The position numbers were made by a program, and so were the translations under genes. This document shows, in pieces, positions 37,796-48,066 of a stretch of DNA of 62,780 bases. The stretch spans positions 1 through 62,780 of the forward strand of contig CAZPJX010000001.1 of assembly GCA_964586985.1 (NCBI GenBank), in the 5' to 3' direction. Numbering within the stretch: position 1 is the first letter of the stretch; each line of letters opens with the position of its first letter. This stretch comes from an uncultured Gemmatimonas sp. GTDB lineage: Bacteria > Gemmatimonadota > Gemmatimonadetes > Gemmatimonadales > Gemmatimonadaceae. The notes under the pieces were generated by a model. It made no database searches. It saw nothing but the letters and a program-made list of their open reading frames with translations, and was not told the origin of the DNA.

Positions 37796-38445
37796 TGGCG
37801 ACATCTCCGAATGCGTCTGCTCCCCTGCGCGTCACGGTCGTCGACTACGGCGCCGGCAACCTCCATTCACTCATCAAGGCCCTCGAATCCCACGCAGCGC
37901 AGGTGCGGGTCGGCCCGGATCCGGAAACGGCCGTCCACGACACCGATGCACTGATCCTGCCGGGCGTTGGCGCCTTCGCGCCGGCGGCGGCACGCCTCGC
38001 GCCGGGGCGCGACGTGATGCGTGAGGCGATTCTCGGTGGCCTGCCAACCCTTGGGATCTGCCTCGGCATGCAGCTGTTGTTCGATGGCAGCGAAGAAGGT
38101 CCGGGTCGTGGACTGAGCATCATGCCCGGTCAGGTGCGGCGTCTCAGTGCAACACGCCTTCCTCAAATCGGATGGAACCGTCTTGAGGAGATCACCGAAC
38201 CACTGGTGCGCACGGCCGCACTGGATGTGGCCTACTATGCCAACAGTTTTGTTGCTCGACCTGCCGCCGACGGCTTGCGGTATGTGACCGCGTGGAGCAC
38301 GCACGAATCCGATCGATTCCCCGCGACCGTACGACGGGGGCATGTTGTTGGCACCCAGTTTCACCCCGAAAAATCCAGCGCGCATGGTCTTGCCTTCCTT
38401 CGCGCCTTCCTCTCACTGGCTTCTTCACTTCGGAGTATGGCATGA
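37795..38445 (+). CDS. hisH: Imidazole glycerol phosphate synthase glutaminase subunit
   Basis: DYGAGN, LPGVG, GICLGMQ and QFHPEKS. Confidence 0.95.
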   Translation: MATSPNASAPLRVTVVDYGAGNLHSLIKALESHAAQVRVGPDPETAVHDTDALILPGVGAFAPAAARLAPGRDVMREAILGGLPTLGICLGMQLLFDGSEEGPGRGLSIMPGQVRRLSATRLPQIGWNRLEEITEPLVRTAALDVAYYANSFVARPAADGLRYVTAWSTHESDRFPATVRRGHVVGTQFHPEKSSAHGLAFLRAFLSLASSLRSMA

Positions 38446-39155
38446 TCGCGATTCCAGCAGTGGATCTGCGTGATGGACGATGCGTACAGTTGGTGGGCGG
38501 TGACTACGGACAGGAACAGATTCGCCTCGACGATCCCCTTGCGGTGGCCCGCGACTGGATCCGCACCGGGTTCAACCGTCTGCACATCGTCGACCTCGAT
38601 GCGGCCACGGGGCAGGGACGCAACGACGATACCATCCGGGAGTTGCTTCGGGACTGCCCCGTACCCGTGCAAGTCGGTGGGGGGGTGCGTGATGAATCCC
38701 GTATCGAACGCCTGCTCGACGAGGGGGCGGAATGGGTTGTCGTGGGCACGCGTGCGGTGAACGACGAGGATTGGCGCGAAGAGATGGCGGCCCGATTTCC
38801 TGGACGACTCATTGTGGCGGCCGATGTGCGGGAGCGGCGGGTTGTCACGCACGGCTGGGCGGAGACGTCGCGACTGAACGTCGTGGATTTCGTGGAGTCG
38901 CTGCAGGCCCTGCCTCTGGCCGGCTTGCTGGTTACCGCCGTGCACCTCGAAGGCCGGATGCAGGGCACGGACCTGCCGCTCATGGAAGACGTCGCTGCGG
39001 TGAGCGCCTGGCCCGTCTTCGCATCTGGGGGAGTGACAAGCCTGGAAGATATGCGAGCGCTTGAGCACCGCGGCCTTGGTGGTGCCGTGCTCGGCATGGC
39101 CCTGTATACCGGGGCACTCGATGCCCGTCGTCTGGCGGAGGAGTTCGACGCATGA
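38442..39155 (+). CDS. hisA: ProFAR isomerase
   Basis: IPAVDL..G.CVQL, LHIVDLD, QVGGG.R and ASGGV. ATG at 38442 overlaps the hisH stop. Confidence 0.95.
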   Translation: MIAIPAVDLRDGRCVQLVGGDYGQEQIRLDDPLAVARDWIRTGFNRLHIVDLDAATGQGRNDDTIRELLRDCPVPVQVGGGVRDESRIERLLDEGAEWVVVGTRAVNDEDWREEMAARFPGRLIVAADVRERRVVTHGWAETSRLNVVDFVESLQALPLAGLLVTAVHLEGRMQGTDLPLMEDVAAVSAWPVFASGGVTSLEDMRALEHRGLGGAVLGMALYTGALDARRLAEEFDA

Positions 39156-39691
39156 CGGTTGTCGTCCGAGAATCGAAGGAAACGCAGGTTCGGGTGAGCC
39201 TCACCCGGGGAAGCGGATGCGCCACGGTGTGCACCGGCGAGCCGTTTCTCGATCATATGCTGGTCGCCTTTGCGCGTTATGGTGGTGTGGATCTCGAGGT
39301 GCAGGCCACCGGCGATCTCCGGCATCATCTCATTGAAGATGTGGCCATCACCCTGGGGCAGGCGGTCGCTGCCTTCGCCCCGGCAGGATGCGCGCGCTAT
39401 GGGGAACGCACCGTGCCCATGGACGACGCACTGGTGCAGGTGGTGATCGATATTGGTGGCCGACCCTGGTATCGCGGCCCACTGCCTTCCACGCGGTACG
39501 ATCACTTTCTGCGATCGTTCGCCGACAACGCGAATGCCACGCTGCATGTCCGTGTACTGCGCGGCACCGACCGCCATCATGTGGTAGAGGCCGCCATGAA
39601 GGGACTGGGTCTCGCCCTTCGCGAGGCACTCGTGGAAACCGGCGCGGTGTTCAGTACCAAGGGCGCGGTAACCCTCGAGATCACGGCCTGA
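39152..39691 (+). CDS. hisB: Imidazoleglycerol-phosphate dehydratase (monofunctional)
   Basis: R..KET, FLDHML, HHLIED, PMDD and HH..EA..K. Confidence 0.95.
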   Translation: MTVVVRESKETQVRVSLTRGSGCATVCTGEPFLDHMLVAFARYGGVDLEVQATGDLRHHLIEDVAITLGQAVAAFAPAGCARYGERTVPMDDALVQVVIDIGGRPWYRGPLPSTRYDHFLRSFADNANATLHVRVLRGTDRHHVVEAAMKGLGLALREALVETGAVFSTKGAVTLEITA

Positions 39692-39694
39692 CGG

Positions 39695-40579
39695 ATGCTG
39701 ACCAGACGAGTCATCGTGTGCCTTGACGTACAGGGCGGGCGCGTCGTGAAGGGGGTGCACTTCACAGGCCTGCGTGATGTGGGTGACCCGGTCGCACTCT
39801 CGGAACGGTACGAGCGGGAGGGCGCCGACGAAGTCACCTTTCTCGACATTTCGGCCAGCGCCGAGGAACGGGCCACGCTACTGGACGTTGCACAGCGCAC
39901 CGCCGAACGATTGTTCATTCCCCTCACCATCGGTGGAGGCATTCGTACGGCAGACGACGTGGCGCGCGCGCTGCGGTCCGGTGCCGACAAGGTGTCCATG
40001 AACTCCATCGCCGTGCAGCACCCCGACATGCTCACACGGGCCGCAGAGCGTTTCGGCGCCCAGTGCGTGGTGGCAAGCATCGACGCCAAGCGCGACGCTC
40101 GCGGCGTATACAAGGTCTGGATCAACGGAGGGCGGCGGGAAACGTCGCTCGAGGTTGTGGCCTGGGCGCAAGAGTGTGTGGCGCGCGGTGCTGGAGAGAT
40201 CCTACTCACCAGCATCGATCGAGATGGCGCACGCACGGGCTACGATCTCGAACTCACGCGCGCGGTGACCCGGGCGGTGCAGGTCCCCGTGATCGCCTCC
40301 GGCGGAGCCGGCGCACCGCAGCACCTCGTGGACGCAGTGATACAGGCGAACGCCGATGCGGTACTCGTGGCCGGTCTGCTGCACGATGGCCTCACCACGG
40401 TCGGTGCCTTGAAGGCGGCCATGCAGCATGCGGGGATTCCGGTTCGCGAGGTGGATCTGCCCATCGGGAGCGACATCGGGACCGCCAGCGGGGCCAACAC
40501 CGCAACAGACATCGGCACAGGTATCACCACTCCGACAGCATTGGCCGCCGCACACGTTCCCCACACGGAGATCGCATGA
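39695..40579 (+). CDS. hisF: Imidazole glycerol phosphate synthase cyclase subunit
   Basis: CLDV..GRVVKG, GGGIR, GADKVS.NS, GAGEILLTS.DRDG and ASGGAG; about 40-aa low-complexity C-terminal tail. Confidence 0.95.
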   Translation: MLTRRVIVCLDVQGGRVVKGVHFTGLRDVGDPVALSERYEREGADEVTFLDISASAEERATLLDVAQRTAERLFIPLTIGGGIRTADDVARALRSGADKVSMNSIAVQHPDMLTRAAERFGAQCVVASIDAKRDARGVYKVWINGGRRETSLEVVAWAQECVARGAGEILLTSIDRDGARTGYDLELTRAVTRAVQVPVIASGGAGAPQHLVDAVIQANADAVLVAGLLHDGLTTVGALKAAMQHAGIPVREVDLPIGSDIGTASGANTATDIGTGITTPTALAAAHVPHTEIA

Positions 40580-41394
40580 ACCACGCACTCAGTCCCGCAA
40601 CGCTGATGCAGGCAGCAGCCGAAGTGGCGCAGCTCGCGGCGAACACCGCCATGCGTTGGTATCGCGATCGCGTGTCGGTGGAGACGAAAGGCGATGGATC
40701 ACCAGTGACCATCGCCGACCGCGAGGCGGAGCGCGCGGCGCGAGCCTGGCTCACCGAGCACTTTCCCAACGATGGGCTGCTCGGTGAGGAGTTTGCGAGC
40801 GAACGGGCCGATGCCAGGCGACAGTGGATCCTCGACCCCATCGATGGCACCAAGGCGTTTGTGCGCGGCGTGCCACTCTGGGGTACGCTGGTAGCCTGCT
40901 GCGAAGGAGATACCGTGCTCGCGGGAGCGGCGTGCTACCCGGTGGTACAGGAACTGCTCGTGGCGGCGCCGGGCGAGGGGTGCTGGTGGAATGGGGCACG
41001 CGCTCAGGTCTCGACGGTGCATCGCCTCGAGCAGGCAACGGTGCTCATCACCGACGAACGGTTTCCAGACCATCCGACCCGGCGCGCCCCGTGGCGATCG
41101 CTCGCCGCGGCGGCTGGAGTCAGCCGAACCTGGGGGGACTGCTACGGTTATCTGCTTCTCGCGACAGGCCGCGCCGATGCCATGATCGATGACCGCATGA
41201 ATCCCTGGGACTCGGCGGCGGTGCAGCCCATCATCACCGAGGCCGGCGGCGTGTTCACCGACTGGCGTGGTCGACACACGGCATTCGGTGGCGACGTGAT
41301 TGCCACCAATGCCGCGCTCGCCGATTCCGTGCGACACATCCTCATCACCGAACCCAACCTGGCAGCCCCCACCACCCCGGCAGTCCGCGAATGA
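40576..41394 (+). CDS. hisN: Histidinol-phosphate phosphatase, inositol monophosphatase family
   Basis: K.D.SPVT.AD, GEE, DPIDGT, GDCYGY and WD...EAGG; lies in the his operon. Confidence 0.88.
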   Translation: MNHALSPATLMQAAAEVAQLAANTAMRWYRDRVSVETKGDGSPVTIADREAERAARAWLTEHFPNDGLLGEEFASERADARRQWILDPIDGTKAFVRGVPLWGTLVACCEGDTVLAGAACYPVVQELLVAAPGEGCWWNGARAQVSTVHRLEQATVLITDERFPDHPTRRAPWRSLAAAAGVSRTWGDCYGYLLLATGRADAMIDDRMNPWDSAAVQPIITEAGGVFTDWRGRHTAFGGDVIATNAALADSVRHILITEPNLAAPTTPAVRE

Positions 41395-42041
41395 CCACCC
41401 CAGACCCAGGCGCGACGTCAGTCCAGCGGGCGACCAGCTTCCCGCTGGAAGCGGTGAACTTCACGAAGGGGAATGGCCTCGTGACGGTGGTGGCGCAGCA
41501 CGCGCACACCGGTGTGGTCCTGATGGTCGCGCACGCCGACCGCGAAGCCCTGGAATACACCGGGCGAACTGGGGAAATGCATTACCATTCGCGACGCCGC
41601 GGCCTGTGGCACAAAGGCGCGACGAGCGGCAACGTGCAGCGGGTTGTGTCCCTCACCCTTGATTGCGATGGCGATGCGATCCTGGCGCGGGTACTGCCGA
41701 CAGGCCCTGCCTGCCATGAAGGCACGACATCATGCTTTCGAGAAGGCGCGCTCCGCGCCGACATATTCGGCGCCCTCGATCGTACAATCGTCGCACGGCA
41801 GACAGCGAAAGAGAGCAACGATCCCCAGAGCTATACGCAGACCCTGTTGGCCAATCGCAATCTCCGCCTCAAGAAACTGGGAGAAGAGGCTGTGGAGCTC
41901 GCCACAGCCTGTATCGAAGAGGATCGCGAGCGTGCCACGGAAGAAGCGGCAGACCTCATCTATCACGCACTCGTGGCCTTGCGCGCCGTGGGGGGTTCAG
42001 TAGACGGTGTGCGTGCCGTTCTGGCCGCGCGGGCAGAATAG
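41391..42041 (+). CDS. hisIE: Bifunctional PR-AMP cyclohydrolase / PR-ATP diphosphatase
   Basis: [31 protein letters not shown] and EAADL.YH. Confidence 0.95.
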   Translation: MTTPDPGATSVQRATSFPLEAVNFTKGNGLVTVVAQHAHTGVVLMVAHADREALEYTGRTGEMHYHSRRRGLWHKGATSGNVQRVVSLTLDCDGDAILARVLPTGPACHEGTTSCFREGALRADIFGALDRTIVARQTAKESNDPQSYTQTLLANRNLRLKKLGEEAVELATACIEEDRERATEEAADLIYHALVALRAVGGSVDGVRAVLAARAE

Positions 42042-42070
42042 ACAATCGCAACAGAGACCGAGCACTCGGA

Positions 42071-43570
42071 TCATCGCGCCGTCACCCGCTGCAGGGTGCG
42101 ATACAGGAACTCCGAAGCCCAGCCCAGCGCGGGTACCGGGACACGCTCGTTGTCTCCATGCATACGCAGCTCGTCGTCCATCGGCAACGGCATCGGCAGG
42201 ATGCCGTAGGTCGGGATGCCTTTGTCCCGCATCACCGCCCCATCGGTCGCGCCCGTGCTCATGAACGGAATGACCGTGGTGCTCGGGACCATGGCGAGCG
42301 CCGAGGCTTCCATGGCGCGATAGAGCGCCGTGTTCACGGGAGATACTGGCGGCGAGCGCTGCGGTTCCCCATCCAGGCTGAACTTCACCTGCGACTCTGC
42401 ACCAACCCGGTTGAAGGCCGTGACGATACCACGGACATCGTCGTTGGGTAGCACCCGTACGTTGAAGGTGGCGCTCCCCTCCGACGGGATGATGTTGCTG
42501 CGGATGCCGCCACTGATGAGCGTGAGAGACTGGCCCGTACGCAGCACCGCGTTATGCAGGGGTTCGCGCGAGAGAATGGCCGCCGCCGCATCGATCTGAG
42601 CCTTCGAGGCACCGGGCGCGGACACGCGCTGCATGGCCGCCTTCATCACCGGGTCCTTCTCGATCCGTGCGAGCCGCGCAAAGTAGATCCGTGTGGTCTC
42701 GTTGAGCAACACCGGCGCCTGCCACGCATGCACACGCTGAACGGCCCGGGCCAGAGCGGCCAACGCATTGCCCGGCAGCGGAACTGAACCGTGCCCACTG
42801 GCTCCAGTGGCCAACGCCGTAATGGTGTACGACACCTTTTCGGTGGTCTGAATGTTCACCGACACCACGCGGTCGTCAGCAACCCGCACACGGCCACCTT
42901 CATTCAACGCGAACTCGGCGTCCCTAATCAGATCGAAATGCGTGCCCGCCATCTCATCGACGCCAACCGCGGGCCCCCCTTCCTCTGCTGCCGTCGCGAG
43001 GAATATCACGTCGCGGTCGAGCTGATCACGCTGCTGGGCCAGTTGCTGTAACGCCGCCGTCGCCGCCGATAGCATTCCCTTGTCATCGATGGCACCACGG
43101 CCATACAGGTAGTCTACCCCACCGGCTTCCTGCACAATGGTTCCGGTGAACGGTGGCGTCTTCCACTTGGTCGTATCGACGCCCACCACGTCCATATGCC
43201 CCATGATCATCACCGGACGCTTCGACGGGTTGATGGCTTTGAGGCGCGCCACAAAGTTCGCCCGGCCTGCTCCGACCGGCAGAATATATCGTTCCACACC
43301 GGGGACAGTCGCAAATACGCTGTCGAAGTACTGCGCCGTGAGCAGCTCGTTCCCGGGTGGATTCTGGGTATTCAGACGGATGAGTGCCATGAGGTGCTGC
43401 AGTGTTGCAGCCTGGGCCACCTCACGATCAAACCCGGCAGGAGGGGGCGTACTCACGCGATAGGCGGCTCCCTGCGCCAATGCGGTAGACCCCACGAAAA
43501 TCGTCATCCACAGGGCGCCAAGGGCCACCGGGCCTCGCAATCCTGGGCGTGACGTTTGAACTGCGGTCAT
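42071..43570 (-). CDS. M20/M25/M40 family metallo-hydrolase, secreted
   Basis: Signal peptide; GHMDVV, GRGA.DDKG, AEE, NEGG, GATD and HG.NER. Confidence 0.9.
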   Translation of the reverse strand: MTAVQTSRPGLRGPVALGALWMTIFVGSTALAQGAAYRVSTPPPAGFDREVAQAATLQHLMALIRLNTQNPPGNELLTAQYFDSVFATVPGVERYILPVGAGRANFVARLKAINPSKRPVMIMGHMDVVGVDTTKWKTPPFTGTIVQEAGGVDYLYGRGAIDDKGMLSAATAALQQLAQQRDQLDRDVIFLATAAEEGGPAVGVDEMAGTHFDLIRDAEFALNEGGRVRVADDRVVSVNIQTTEKVSYTITALATGASGHGSVPLPGNALAALARAVQRVHAWQAPVLLNETTRIYFARLARIEKDPVMKAAMQRVSAPGASKAQIDAAAAILSREPLHNAVLRTGQSLTLISGGIRSNIIPSEGSATFNVRVLPNDDVRGIVTAFNRVGAESQVKFSLDGEPQRSPPVSPVNTALYRAMEASALAMVPSTTVIPFMSTGATDGAVMRDKGIPTYGILPMPLPMDDELRMHGDNERVPVPALGWASEFLYRTLQRVTAR

Positions 43571-43586
43571 CTCGTGCTCCCTGTCA

Positions 43587-45083
43587 TTAGAAACGCAGCA
43601 GCCGTGCCGGTGTCACCCGGCTCGGATTACCCACATAGGCCCAGCGGACGTTGTGCATGTAGGTTCTCGCCGCCCGTTGAATATCCTCCGGACTCACCGA
43701 CCGCAGCTCGTCCACGAATCGTGCCGCCCGTCGAAAATCACCCTGATACAACTCAGCCCGCGCCAGCATGTTCGCCTGGTCCGCATTGGTTTCGTTGTCC
43801 AGGAAATAGGTGACGATGAACTGCTGCACCAGGCGTTCCAGTCCATCCCGCGTGATGGTGCCTTCCTGAAGAGCACGGATTTGCTCCTGCATTATGGCCA
43901 GCACGTCGTCCGGCTGTGTGGTGGTCACATACAAGCCGCCCATCGAAAACGCCCGCTCTACAAAGGGCGCACTCACCGAGTACGTGAGGTTGCGCCGCTG
44001 GCGCACCTCGCCGAACAGCCGCCCAGACAACACGGCGCAGGCCAGCCGCAAGGAGGCGTAATCCTTGCTGGATGCCTGAGGGCCATGGAAGTAGCCCTGC
44101 AGGTAGTTGGTGGGCAGCTCTCGCTGGGCAATCACGTAGGCACCGGGCAGATCCGCCGGCGGCTCGGGCAGCGTCCATTGATACGTGCCACGAGGCAGCC
44201 GTCCGATCGTCTCTCGTACAAGCTTCTCCACCTTGCTGCGCGACACATTCCCAACGACCACCAGCATCATGCGCGACGTGACCATCTGCTCCGTCTGATA
44301 CCGGCGCAAATCGGCCACCCGCAACGCACTCAGCGAGGCTTCGGTTCCCGTGGGCTCGAGTCCGTACGGGTGTCCGGCAAAGGCGATGCTATCCGCAAGA
44401 AAATCCAACAGAGCGTCAGGGCTGTCCTTTCGCTGACTCACGGCCGTCACGAACTGCTCACGCACCAAATCCACATCGGCCGAATCGAGCCGCGGCGCCA
44501 TGATGCGGTCGGCCAGAATCGTCCACGTGCTGTCAAAGCTGTTGGTGGTCGCACGAAGTCCCACCGTGGTCCAATCGACCCCGGCCCCCACGCCGATCAC
44601 GCTGCCCATGCGAGCCATCCGCGTGCGCAACACATCCCTCGGGTACTTCCGCGTGCCACGCTCACTGGCTTCGAGCAGCAGCAGTTCGATTCCCTGGGTT
44701 GCCTGCGTGAGCTGTCGAACACCGCCGAGCAGATACAGATTGGCCGCGACCACGTTATTGGCCGTGACTCGACGAAGAATGACGGGGATTCCACTCACCT
44801 CGAACTTCATGGTGAGCGAGTCGTCGCCCATGATGGCAGGCGATGCCGGGGTCGAAACCGCTGGCTGTGCCGGGGCGGGACGCCGTGTGGGGCTGCGCGT
44901 CACCTGCGCATCGAGCGGCGCAGCCAGGAGAACCGCCATCGCGACCCCCGCTGCGACGCTGGCACGTGCACTACTGGTCATAGGGGTCGTTGAACAGGTG
45001 GCGGTCCGGATCATGCGCAACATCGCACGACCGGTCGGAAACGGCGCACGACGCCCTCGGGACACCTCGACGGCGCGCCTCAT
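43587..45083 (-). CDS. M16 family (insulinase-like) non-catalytic subunit
   Basis: M16 fold features (HPYG...GT, RLF.EVR..R.L.Y) but no HxxEH. The ATG overlaps the upstream stop; start uncertain. Confidence 0.85.
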   Translation of the reverse strand: MRRAVEVSRGRRAPFPTGRAMLRMIRTATCSTTPMTSSARASVAAGVAMAVLLAAPLDAQVTRSPTRRPAPAQPAVSTPASPAIMGDDSLTMKFEVSGIPVILRRVTANNVVAANLYLLGGVRQLTQATQGIELLLLEASERGTRKYPRDVLRTRMARMGSVIGVGAGVDWTTVGLRATTNSFDSTWTILADRIMAPRLDSADVDLVREQFVTAVSQRKDSPDALLDFLADSIAFAGHPYGLEPTGTEASLSALRVADLRRYQTEQMVTSRMMLVVVGNVSRSKVEKLVRETIGRLPRGTYQWTLPEPPADLPGAYVIAQRELPTNYLQGYFHGPQASSKDYASLRLACAVLSGRLFGEVRQRRNLTYSVSAPFVERAFSMGGLYVTTTQPDDVLAIMQEQIRALQEGTITRDGLERLVQQFIVTYFLDNETNADQANMLARAELYQGDFRRAARFVDELRSVSPEDIQRAARTYMHNVRWAYVGNPSRVTPARLLRF

Positions 45084-46549
45084 TGACGCACCGCCGGACG
45101 CGTCGTGGGCGTGAGCAGTTCCTGTTCCGTCAGGCCGATCGCACGTCGTGCCTCTGTCGAGAGCAGGACGCTGGTGACGCGTGGCTTCCCGGCGATATAC
45201 GTCTTCGTGTAGCGCATCAGGTCGGTGATGCGCTGCTGCGCCATCTGATCGGTGTAGCTCATGAAATAATCGAGGTTGGACACGCTCCACCAGAACCCGA
45301 TGGTATGTGCGATCTCCGAGGCCTTCTCGATCCCGAATGCGCTCGACACGGCACGCTGCGCCTTCACGGCCTCGAGTTCACGCGGTGTGACGTACGTGGG
45401 GTCGGTGAATCGGGCAATCTCGCGCTCAAGCGCCGCCATCGCTTCGCGGAACTTGTCGGGCGTCGTCTGCCCGCTGATCGAAATCGGTCCGGTGTGATTG
45501 AGGGTGTAGTAGTTCACAGTCACCCCCTGCCAGAGCCCTGAATCGACGAGCCGCTTCTGGAACGTGGAGCCCGGCGTGTTGAGGACATCGCTAAACACAT
45601 CGGCGGCAAAGGTAGCGCCGGGATCCTTGCCAACGCTGGGGCCCTGCCACTGGATCAGCACGGCGACCGCGTTGATGGGCTCCTCGCGGATCTGCGCCTG
45701 GTTGCCATCGAGGGCTGGTATTGGCGGGATGGGGTCCGCGACAAACGGATCTGCGCCACGTGGCCAGCGTCCGAAGATCTGCTCAGCCAATGCGAAGATC
45801 CTGACGGGGTCCACGTCCCCCGTCACGATCAGCGCGGAGTTGTTGGGCACGTAGTACTTGCGCTGGATCTCCCGCATCTGCGCCGAGGTGACATTGGCGA
45901 TGACCGTGCGATCGCCAATGGTGTTCTTGCGACTGAACTGCCCCGGATACAGCAAGGCGGTGGCCCGCTGTTGAAATTCAAAGCCCGGCTGCGCCTCGTT
46001 GCGATCGTACTCGCCAAGAACAACCTCCTTTTCACGCGCGAGCTCATCGTCGCGGAAGAGTGGGTTGATGAGGGCGCTCGCGAGAAACTGCATACCACCG
46101 GCCACTGAGTCGGCGGGCAGGGTCAGGAAGTAGTTCACGCGCTCTTCCTGGGTGGTGCCATTGAAGACGGCACCGAGCTCACCCGCGCGATCAGTGAATG
46201 CCTCCGCGTCGGGCAAATCCTTGTTCGCCTTGAAGAACATGTGCTCGTACATATGCGCGAGTCCGGCGAATTGCGGCGATTGCGTGAACGCGCCATTGCG
46301 CACGTCGATCTCCAGGGTGGCGATGGGCACGCCGTGATTCTCCACGACGATGATCTCCATGCCGTTGGCGAGCACCTTGCGGCGCAGGACCTTCTCGAGC
46401 TCAGCCCGCGACTGGGCAGCCAGCGGCTGCACCGCCACCAGAACAGGGGCTACCGAGAGGCCGGCAAGCAGCAGCGCGAGCCGGAGGGCGGGCCACCGGC
46501 GCCGCGCAATACGGAGTGGCGTGAGGGTCCTTGAAATGGACGCTGGCAT
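45080..46549 (-). CDS. M16 family zinc peptidase, catalytic subunit
   Basis: GLAHMYEHMFF (HxxEH), NGTT, E..VV..E and YVPNN; signal peptide. Confidence 0.9.
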   Translation of the reverse strand: MPASISRTLTPLRIARRRWPALRLALLLAGLSVAPVLVAVQPLAAQSRAELEKVLRRKVLANGMEIIVVENHGVPIATLEIDVRNGAFTQSPQFAGLAHMYEHMFFKANKDLPDAEAFTDRAGELGAVFNGTTQEERVNYFLTLPADSVAGGMQFLASALINPLFRDDELAREKEVVLGEYDRNEAQPGFEFQQRATALLYPGQFSRKNTIGDRTVIANVTSAQMREIQRKYYVPNNSALIVTGDVDPVRIFALAEQIFGRWPRGADPFVADPIPPIPALDGNQAQIREEPINAVAVLIQWQGPSVGKDPGATFAADVFSDVLNTPGSTFQKRLVDSGLWQGVTVNYYTLNHTGPISISGQTTPDKFREAMAALEREIARFTDPTYVTPRELEAVKAQRAVSSAFGIEKASEIAHTIGFWWSVSNLDYFMSYTDQMAQQRITDLMRYTKTYIAGKPRVTSVLLSTEARRAIGLTEQELLTPTTRPAVRQ

Positions 46550-46578
46550 TCGATGACGGGGATGGGGATCTTTGTGCG

Positions 46579-47553
46579 ATGCCTGATCCAGTCCTGACAT
46601 CGCCGATGAACGGGGGAAGCACGGCCATCGCCGAGGCGCTGGCCCGCCACCTCGAACACACCCGGCTGCACCTGAACGCACCGCTGGCTCCGTACACCAC
46701 GTTTCGGATCGGGGGTCCGGCGGACGTCCTGTACGATGCCACGTCGGACAACGACCTCGCCACCGCCATCAACACCGCACGCACGCTGGGCATTCCCTGG
46801 TTCGTGCTCGGCCTGGGTGCCAACATTCTTGTGGGAGACCGCGGCGTGCGGGGCCTGGTCATCCGCAACCGTGCCCAGGCTCACCGGCTGGAAGCCGACG
46901 GCACCCTCTGGACCGAGAGCGGGGCCATCATGCAGGATCTCGTGCTGGAGACCGTCCGGGCGTGCTTTTCAGGCCTTGAGCACTATATCGGCATTCCGAG
47001 CACCATCGGCGGAGCGCTGTGGCAGAACCTGCACTTTCTCTCGCCAGCACCGGAGCGGGAGCGCACGATGTTCATCAGCGAAGTGTTCTCGTCCTGCGAA
47101 ATCCTGCGGGAAGAAGGGGATCGGCGTGTCGTCGGAGCGGATTACATCCAATTCGGCTACGACGACACCGTATTTCATCACCGACGCGATGTGGTCCTGA
47201 ATGCCACCTTCCGCCTCACACCGGCCGATCCGGCCATGTTGCATCGCGTTGTCCAGGAAAACCTCTCGTGGCGCGGCTCCCGGCATCCGTGGCTACCGGT
47301 GCACCCGAGCGCGGGCTCGGTGTTCCGAAAGATCGAGGGCGTGGGAGCCGGTCGGCTCATCGACCAGTGCGGCCTCAAGGGCTATCGCGTGGGGGATGCG
47401 CAGATCTCCCATATCCACGCGAACATCCTGGTGAACCTCGGCCAAGCCACTGCCGCGGATGTCCGCACGCTCATCGCCCATGCCCAGGAGGCCGTCCAGC
47501 AGAGGTTCGGCTATGCGCTGGTGCCAGAGATCGGTTTCATTGGAGAGTTCTAG
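46579..47553 (+). CDS. murB: UDP-N-acetylenolpyruvoylglucosamine reductase
   Basis: TTFRIGGPAD, GLGAN, GLE...GIP.TIGG, SAGSVF, AGRLID and HAN; start uncertain. Confidence 0.92.
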   Translation: MPDPVLTSPMNGGSTAIAEALARHLEHTRLHLNAPLAPYTTFRIGGPADVLYDATSDNDLATAINTARTLGIPWFVLGLGANILVGDRGVRGLVIRNRAQAHRLEADGTLWTESGAIMQDLVLETVRACFSGLEHYIGIPSTIGGALWQNLHFLSPAPERERTMFISEVFSSCEILREEGDRRVVGADYIQFGYDDTVFHHRRDVVLNATFRLTPADPAMLHRVVQENLSWRGSRHPWLPVHPSAGSVFRKIEGVGAGRLIDQCGLKGYRVGDAQISHIHANILVNLGQATAADVRTLIAHAQEAVQQRFGYALVPEIGFIGEF

Positions 47554-48031
47554 CCACACGGACGGGCCGTGATGCGCTTCGGCACAGGCGCTCTCCCACA
47601 CGGCAATAACTCGTCTGCAGGGTAGCGGTGAGCGGGAGTACCGAACGCGGCAAGGCCAGCGATACTTCGCCTACGAAATAGGCACTGTCTGGCGTAATGC
47701 CGTGTCCGGCGAACACATGACGAACCCCATCGGCCAGCTCAAGCACCGGGGGTTGCAGTGCATTGATCTGATCACCCGGTGATCCCACGATGGTGAGCAT
47801 GACCGAATCCCCGCGGAGATCCACCCTGACATCCGGCCCCAGGTCGTGCTCAGGGGCAGCACCTCGCGTGACGCCTTGGAGAGCCGCACCGATGCCGCCG
47901 GCGGATGCGGTGCCACCCGAGGGCACGGCGTCGACACGGCCGTTGTCGGCTGCTCGGTCCGGGCCACAGGCGGCCCCCACCAATGCCAGGGCCGCCAGAG
48001 ACACGGACGAGAAGGGGGGAAGGCGGAACAT
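47537..48031 (-). CDS. Hypothetical lipoprotein
   Basis: Lipobox-like GAAC and a C-terminal YC-x6-C Cys pair. Confidence 0.6.
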   Translation of the reverse strand: MFRLPPFSSVSLAALALVGAACGPDRAADNGRVDAVPSGGTASAGGIGAALQGVTRGAAPEHDLGPDVRVDLRGDSVMLTIVGSPGDQINALQPPVLELADGVRHVFAGHGITPDSAYFVGEVSLALPRSVLPLTATLQTSYCRVGERLCRSASRPVRVARTLQ

Positions 48032-48066
48032 GCTGCAATATAGTGTGGTAGGGTGGCGGAACCTGC

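Noticed and set aside
42071-43570. M20 hydrolase as the missing acetylornithine deacetylase ArgE
   Set aside because: It has an export signal and sits in a peptidase operon, whereas ArgE is cytoplasmic.
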